Positions 60,101-64,000 of a DNA stretch of 64,000 bases are shown here, one piece after another. The position numbers and the translations under genes were made by a program. The stretch's first letter is position 1. Every line of letters begins with the position of its first letter. Location: contig DYLW01000002.1 in NCBI GenBank assembly GCA_020721865.1, positions 62,591 to 126,590 of the forward strand, in the 5' to 3' direction. The notes beneath the pieces are model-generated. The model ran no database searches and was not told where the DNA came from. It worked only from the letters and a program-made list of their open reading frames with translations. This DNA comes from Leptospira biflexa (lineage in GTDB: Bacteria; Spirochaetota; Leptospiria; Turneriellales; DYLW01).

Positions 60101-60536
60101 GATCCGCATTTTTATTCAGGACAGACTGGGCAAAAGAATGAATGGTGGAAACTCTCATGCGGTTTTGCTTCATCCGGGAATTCCTTATGTGGGACAATAA
60201 TTGTCCCCGGATTTCTGGATTCAGATTCTGGATAATTTCCCACGTGAGGGGATCTTGGGATAGGAGACCCTCCGACTCCCCGGAGGAAAGGGCTTTCTGC
60301 AAATCTTTCAACAGGGCAAGTATCCGGCTTTTCATTTCTCCCGCCGCCGCATCTGTAAAGGTAATGGTGAGAATTTCCGATACATCACAGGGCTCGCTTT
60401 TTTCCATGGTATCCGGTTTTTCCCCAAACAAAGAAAAAATGGGAATCCCCAAAAGGGCATTGATGTACGCACGGGTTAAGAGAAACGTTTTTCCGGTACC
60501 GGCACTCGCGAGAATTCTCCTGTGCATTTCAGGCAT
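57159..60536 (-). CDS. UvrD-type helicase with a C-terminal PD-(D/E)xK nuclease (AddA-like)
   Basis: Walker A ILASAGTGKTF, FLDEFQDTSP, IHSAKGLEYP, and the nuclease motif YADLIFRT..YCILDFKTGK. The start is the internal ATG 60536 (8 bp overlap with the upstream gene) or 60527. Confidence 0.8.
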   Translation of the reverse strand: MPEMHRRILASAGTGKTFLLTRAYINALLGIPIFSLFGEKPDTMEKSEPCDVSEILTITFTDAAAGEMKSRILALLKDLQKALSSGESEGLLSQDPLTWEIIQNLNPEIRGQLLSHIRNSRMKQNRMRVSTIHSFAQSVLNKNADLLKRDKFQILTPREADELIQKIYGSFFSGNPDQEKRIVSFLDAVGEYKGKDIIKTWCTNAEARRVTRKFKQSQEEGDSTLLSLAFCKELLLRKHLPTIQKIGRLKEDLLQMYPEPIQEKIADIYHQLDSFGTNQETKLNIDINFRSKPWNSIEKENRIPLEILREALGGLSCPIPPEDELENRRREILDIIQFLEDFYSEYRRELDVSQKVDYDLMIDLATEANRGGRQNFRYIFLDEFQDTSPALWEFAKNIASENTKFFLVGDEKQAIYSFNGGDPSIILNICRELKNCETKELTRNFRSHPFIIEFYNHFFSSLFKIKRYPEYPMITYGKKGVEDETASVGFFFSFKDKENGDTATNHLKALAAWIQKIKTGELETYEDITRLMREKKSAIAVLLMNSQMARPLAMHLRDLGVETRMLSSFWESREVRELFFFLKTIVLLSRERVGSFTKEERYYITGGLKSHYLGFADEEVLRLILALKSSQWEESKAAREKILDPLLKRKIPQMIFSANIVSALQYIMDEMDILSALASYPDYEDRAVNLEKFLEYATEFLSTRSSSLEEFLEETEYYILHGGDSPGGKNDKEIISPVYIGTIHSAKGLEYPMVIIPQLEKNFSQQGKSIGLIWEKYIWQKETGNSAGKSKENLQEIFSAGIPLEDKTQNPYADITRVMVNFKKEEEYLRQLYVAITRAKNHLVFTGIIPDSLLAEKGQLPPVKHFSPVSSFLSYFIYTSDLLTVALGENPQSRWAEKKEIQLGEKSFPAQFFHAQDFLDCGTRNTPPTRKRVTPEDYLEKWEYPKPDSEKAGGQMEKNQSPPALQPESPRIQGILFHDLVARYFSELASPGLPQKFLRENKPNPGMEKILIKWKNDFINHEIYGEILGSQEKYFEFPIEISIPGGQRKKMYADLIFRTADGKYCILDFKTGKVDTEGDARKLTIQYGYDRQLDEYQAALDGTFPEQKFTKAIYHCSISFLEYLD

Positions 60537-63285
60537 CTTCTGCCTCCTCTGGATCGTCCTGGGTAAATAAATCTGGAGACATTTCTTTACGCAGAGACCG
60601 CAGGCAGAAAACGGAGTAGTCACAATTTTCACATGCCTTCTCATCGGCGGCGTAAAAAAAATCACCGTTCTCCATGGAATCCAGCACCCCGGCAAGAATG
60701 CTGTCCACTTCCGTGCGTGGTTTTTCCAGGGAAACTATTTTCCCCCGGCTCTGCCCAATTTCCGCCACATAGCTTTTCTTTTCCGCGTCCCATTCCACCT
60801 TGTTGAATGCAAAAGGATCCCCAGAAAAGCCAGCGGAATTGCCTTTGTGAAATGATAAAAGGTATGCCCGGATGCGAAGATTCTTTTCCGCTGGAAAGGG
60901 AAATTTTTTTGTATTTTGCCTGATAGCCATCAAAAGGGCTTCCAGATAAAATATGAGCTGGTAGTCTTTGTTTTGTTCCCATTTTTCTTTGAGACTTACA
61001 CCATCCATTTTGGTTATGGGTTTATAATCCAGAATATCCACTTCCACAGAATCATTTGTTTCCCGAATATCCACCCTGTCCACCCGCCCATGGATGGCCA
61101 GATCGCGTCCGCCCACGGGAAATATAAAATTTTTCCGATTTTTATCTACCTGAAAAAATTCGTAGAGCCAGGCTTCATTTTTCCAGAGATGGGCAAACAA
61201 CCCCGCCTCTTTCTCTCTTTCATAAAACCGCCGGACAATGCCGGTGATTTTTTTCAGGTCATTTTCCCCCTCATCCAAATTTTTTCTGATGCTATACCAT
61301 AGCTGCCGGTATTCCGGAGACATTTTATTATCTGTGTTATTTTTTGCCGAGGTGTTTTTATTTTTCCATTCCAGAAAGAGGACATTTTCTATTATTTTAT
61401 TCAGAATGGCAAACCCATCGGCGTTGGAAAAATTCTCCATTCCCCGCCGATGTCTGAAACGCATATAGCGGGAAAATACTTCAAAGATTCTATGCAGAAT
61501 GCTTCCTTTGTCCATGGGCTGGATTTCCGCTTCCGGAAGGGGCTTTGCGATATCCAGAAGATACTGATAAAAGTACTGGTGCGGGCAATTCCGGAAACGG
61601 GAAAATTTGGACGGAGAAATGGAATCCACTTTCTCTTCTTTTGGGAGAATCTGGCCATCGGTGGGGGATTTCTCCCCGCTGTGGATATGTGCCAGAAAAT
61701 TTTCCCGGGATTCTTCCAGTGCAAAACGAATATCCGGCTTTTGCATGAGGGCATCTTTTTCTGTGTAAAAATTTCCCGATGAGTAAACTCCTTTTCGCAG
61801 GGAGTGCAGATCTGTACGGATGGTGTCCCGGATTTGGGTTCCGGCCGGATGGGCATCCTGAACAATGGATTGGATGAATGATGCCTTCTCCGGATTTTGA
61901 GGCAACATAACAAATAAATTTTCCGCATTTTGGATAATATTTTGCAAATAGAAACGACTCAACAAAACAGGGTCATTGCTGTAAAAATATTTCTGCCTGT
62001 CCCCGGAGGAATAAAAAATATTATCCAACGCACCGGGAAAAATATTTTCCGCGTCCAGCATAATCACAAAGGGAGGGCGGGTTCCCAGAGTCTGGTTTGC
62101 TTCCTGCGTGAGTATTCCATTATTTTTTACCGTGATGCTCTGACCAGCCAGGGATTGGAGGAGCCATTCCACCGGCAAACGGGTTCCATCTTTCTCAAGA
62201 TCCCGAAAAAAGGCAATGGCGGCATTCACACAGATCATATTTTCCAGAGAAGCCTGCGAGACAAATATATTATCTTTATTTTCATGGTAATTCCGGGCAT
62301 ATTTTGCGTATAATTTTTTGAGAAGAGAAGCGGATTTTTTGTACCAAGACTGCCCGGCAGAAATTTTCCGCACAATGGCTGCGATCTCGCTGAAAACGGG
62401 AATCTGACCTGCTGCTTTTCCACGGGAGAAAAAAAGCGGGATATTATAAGACATAAATGCCGATTCCAAGCGCACTGGATCGTGTAGGGAATGAGAGACC
62501 ACAAGAATCTGGGAGGGATCCGCCTTCTTTTCTGTGATGAGCCATCGGGCTAAGGATGCAGCCGCATGATACTGGTGCAAACCAGCGGGATATTCCACAA
62601 ATTGGACGGGCTCACTATAAGAAAAATTTTCCGAAGATTCCCATGATAAATACTGTGTACTTCTTTGGCGTAAATAATGATAAATATTTTTTTCCGCTGC
62701 ACTGTTATAAAAATGAATACCACCGCTTTTTTCTCCCGCCATTTCCAGTTCCATGGAATCCAGATAAATGTCTTCATAGACGCCAAACAAATCCGAGCGG
62801 GGGGAAAACGCTACTGTATTTATTCTGTCTGCCCCGTCCAGAACACCGGCTTGGGCAAGTTTTTCCTGGTAAATCCCAAACAACCGCTGTATGTCTTTTT
62901 TTTTGGCCGATGGGTAATGATGCAGAATATCTGGATATACAAAAGACAATTCCTCCGGCAATATGGATTTCTTTCCGGAATTGATTTTTATTAAATGAAA
63001 AAATTTTTTCAGATTATCAAAGGAGGAATACCACAACGTCCAATCTTCTTTCCAGTAGGAAAAATAATCCAGCCGGGTGTCTTTTACGGCATCCCGGATA
63101 AACGCAAGGGCGGACATTTCCGGATTTCTTTTTTCATTTCCGTGGATGGCGGACGTCTCCCGTGCAATAAAATCCCCCAGAGTAAAGGATTCCAAAATCC
63201 TTCCAGAGTGGCTTTTTTCCCATACCGGAATGAAATGTCGCACTCTTTCTCTGGAAATAAAAACACCAATATCCCTCTTCAGCAT
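60529..63285 (-). CDS. AddB-like PD-(D/E)xK nuclease subunit with Fe-S-type cysteines
   Basis: No Walker A. FRNCPHQYFYQYLL plus the C-terminal CENCDYSVFC gives the 1+3 Cys arrangement of AddB-type iron-staple nucleases. GRVDRVDI...VDILDYKP is the nuclease core. Confidence 0.65.
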   Translation of the reverse strand: MLKRDIGVFISRERVRHFIPVWEKSHSGRILESFTLGDFIARETSAIHGNEKRNPEMSALAFIRDAVKDTRLDYFSYWKEDWTLWYSSFDNLKKFFHLIKINSGKKSILPEELSFVYPDILHHYPSAKKKDIQRLFGIYQEKLAQAGVLDGADRINTVAFSPRSDLFGVYEDIYLDSMELEMAGEKSGGIHFYNSAAEKNIYHYLRQRSTQYLSWESSENFSYSEPVQFVEYPAGLHQYHAAASLARWLITEKKADPSQILVVSHSLHDPVRLESAFMSYNIPLFFSRGKAAGQIPVFSEIAAIVRKISAGQSWYKKSASLLKKLYAKYARNYHENKDNIFVSQASLENMICVNAAIAFFRDLEKDGTRLPVEWLLQSLAGQSITVKNNGILTQEANQTLGTRPPFVIMLDAENIFPGALDNIFYSSGDRQKYFYSNDPVLLSRFYLQNIIQNAENLFVMLPQNPEKASFIQSIVQDAHPAGTQIRDTIRTDLHSLRKGVYSSGNFYTEKDALMQKPDIRFALEESRENFLAHIHSGEKSPTDGQILPKEEKVDSISPSKFSRFRNCPHQYFYQYLLDIAKPLPEAEIQPMDKGSILHRIFEVFSRYMRFRHRRGMENFSNADGFAILNKIIENVLFLEWKNKNTSAKNNTDNKMSPEYRQLWYSIRKNLDEGENDLKKITGIVRRFYEREKEAGLFAHLWKNEAWLYEFFQVDKNRKNFIFPVGGRDLAIHGRVDRVDIRETNDSVEVDILDYKPITKMDGVSLKEKWEQNKDYQLIFYLEALLMAIRQNTKKFPFPAEKNLRIRAYLLSFHKGNSAGFSGDPFAFNKVEWDAEKKSYVAEIGQSRGKIVSLEKPRTEVDSILAGVLDSMENGDFFYAADEKACENCDYSVFCLRSLRKEMSPDLFTQDDPEEAEDA

Positions 63286-63377
63286 CTTGTTTATTATAAT
63301 ATATTATTCTGTTCTTGTCAACCCATAAATATATTTTTCTGATTTCGGCCAGAAATGGCGGTAATCCCCAAATAGTA

Positions 63378-63407
63378 TTGACGAACAGCAATTCATGAAA
63401 AGATAAT
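63378..63407 (+). promoter_or_regulatory. Candidate sigma70-type promoter (TTGACG - 18 nt - GATAAT)
   Basis: TTGACG at 63378-63383 and GATAAT at 63402-63407, about 130 nt upstream of the endonuclease ATG. Pattern match only. Confidence 0.25.
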
Positions 63408-63539
63408 TTAAAATTAATTAAAGGGAAATCCATCTGTCAATCAAAAATTTCTGGATATGTTTGGATTTCCCGTCCCATTGGAGCGTGCCTTTGTCATTAT
63501 TATACTTTACGCTATTACCGAGAAAACGCATTGTGCAGT

Positions 63540-64000
63540 ATGGGTATTGAATTAATACCTGAAAGATTACATAAAAAATTTGAAATTCATGAATGGAAAC
63601 GATATTAGATTACCAATCCTGGGGGAAGAAAATCAAATATATCAGAATATATCGACAGTTTTCTTTATGCAAGAGGATGGGTGGAAAAGGAATTTAAAAC
63701 AGAAATAGTTGTTGATGAGGAAAGAATGGAATCCCCAACCCATAAAATCGACTGCTACAAGAATAAAGTGGCTCTTGAAATAGAATGGAATAATAAAGAC
63801 CCATTTTATGACAGAGACTTAAATAATTTCCGTTTATTATTTGATCTCAGAGCAATAAGTGTTGGTGTCATTATAACTCGAAGTGACGAACTGCAAGATA
63901 TTTTTAATGAGTTGGGTCGAGGTGATTCTTATGGTGCTTCAACAACTCATATTGGTAAATTATTACCAAGAATTGAAGGTGGAAGCGGTGCCGGATGTCC
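63540..64000 (+). pseudogene. BglII/BstYI/BamHI-like type II restriction endonuclease with an in-frame TAG at codon 23; the 3-prime end runs off the window
   Basis: Hand translation checked codon by codon: MGIELIPERLHKKFEIHEWKRY*ITNPGG...HKIDCYKNKVALEIEWNNKDPFYDRDLNNFRLLFDLRAISVGVIITRSDEL...YGASTTHIGKLLPRIEGGSGAGC. The D..(V/A)xE(I/V)(E/Q) core is followed by a hydrophobic strand, as in BstYI DFVKDRVAIEVQFGK...IDVGVEI. The region is AT-rich. Confidence 0.65.

Noticed and set aside
1-64000. CRISPR arrays, tandem repeats, IS elements or rRNA anywhere in the window.
   Set aside because: I saw no regularly spaced direct repeats, inverted terminal repeats, transposase-like ORFs or rRNA-like sequence on reading through. 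This is a visual scan only, not a computed repeat search.

Overview
This is a 64 kb chromosomal window at roughly 45% GC by eye, with AT-richer patches at about 17.9-18.6 kb and 63.4-64.0 kb. It is densely coding, with few and short intergenic gaps. Content looks spirochaete-like, possibly Leptospiraceae: a 7TMR-DISM class III cyclase, two membrane PP2C/SpoIIE phosphatases, a GldA/F/G-type ABC set, metX-metW and many lipobox lipoproteins. That placement is an inference only.

All product calls come from motif recognition in the supplied ORF translations plus my own hand translation of regions missing from the track. No database search was possible.

**Housekeeping genes recognised:** alaS, ligA, thrB, metX/metW, ribE, dprA, manA, a family-4 UDG, an AddAB-like helicase-nuclease pair, yajQ and one tRNA-Gly(UCC).

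**Most interesting locus:** a tightly packed minus-strand operon at 40.1-45.2 kb. It encodes a YdjI-type SPFH/SHOCT protein, two paralogous Zn-ribbon DUF4178 proteins, a small TM protein, a DUF350 protein and a polytopic-membrane spermidine-synthase-fold enzyme. No PspA/IM30 gene is in the window.

**Other notable points:**
- Three decayed genes: an oleate hydratase relic with a large internal deletion, a YbgA-like gene with an in-frame TAG and two frameshifts, and a BglII/BstYI-like restriction endonuclease with an in-frame TAG at codon 23.
- The tRNA-Gly 3-prime end lies 1 nt from the ribE start codon.
- Four of seven convergent gene pairs physically overlap, and no canonical intrinsic terminators are visible.
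- No CRISPR array, rRNA, transposase or integrase was seen.
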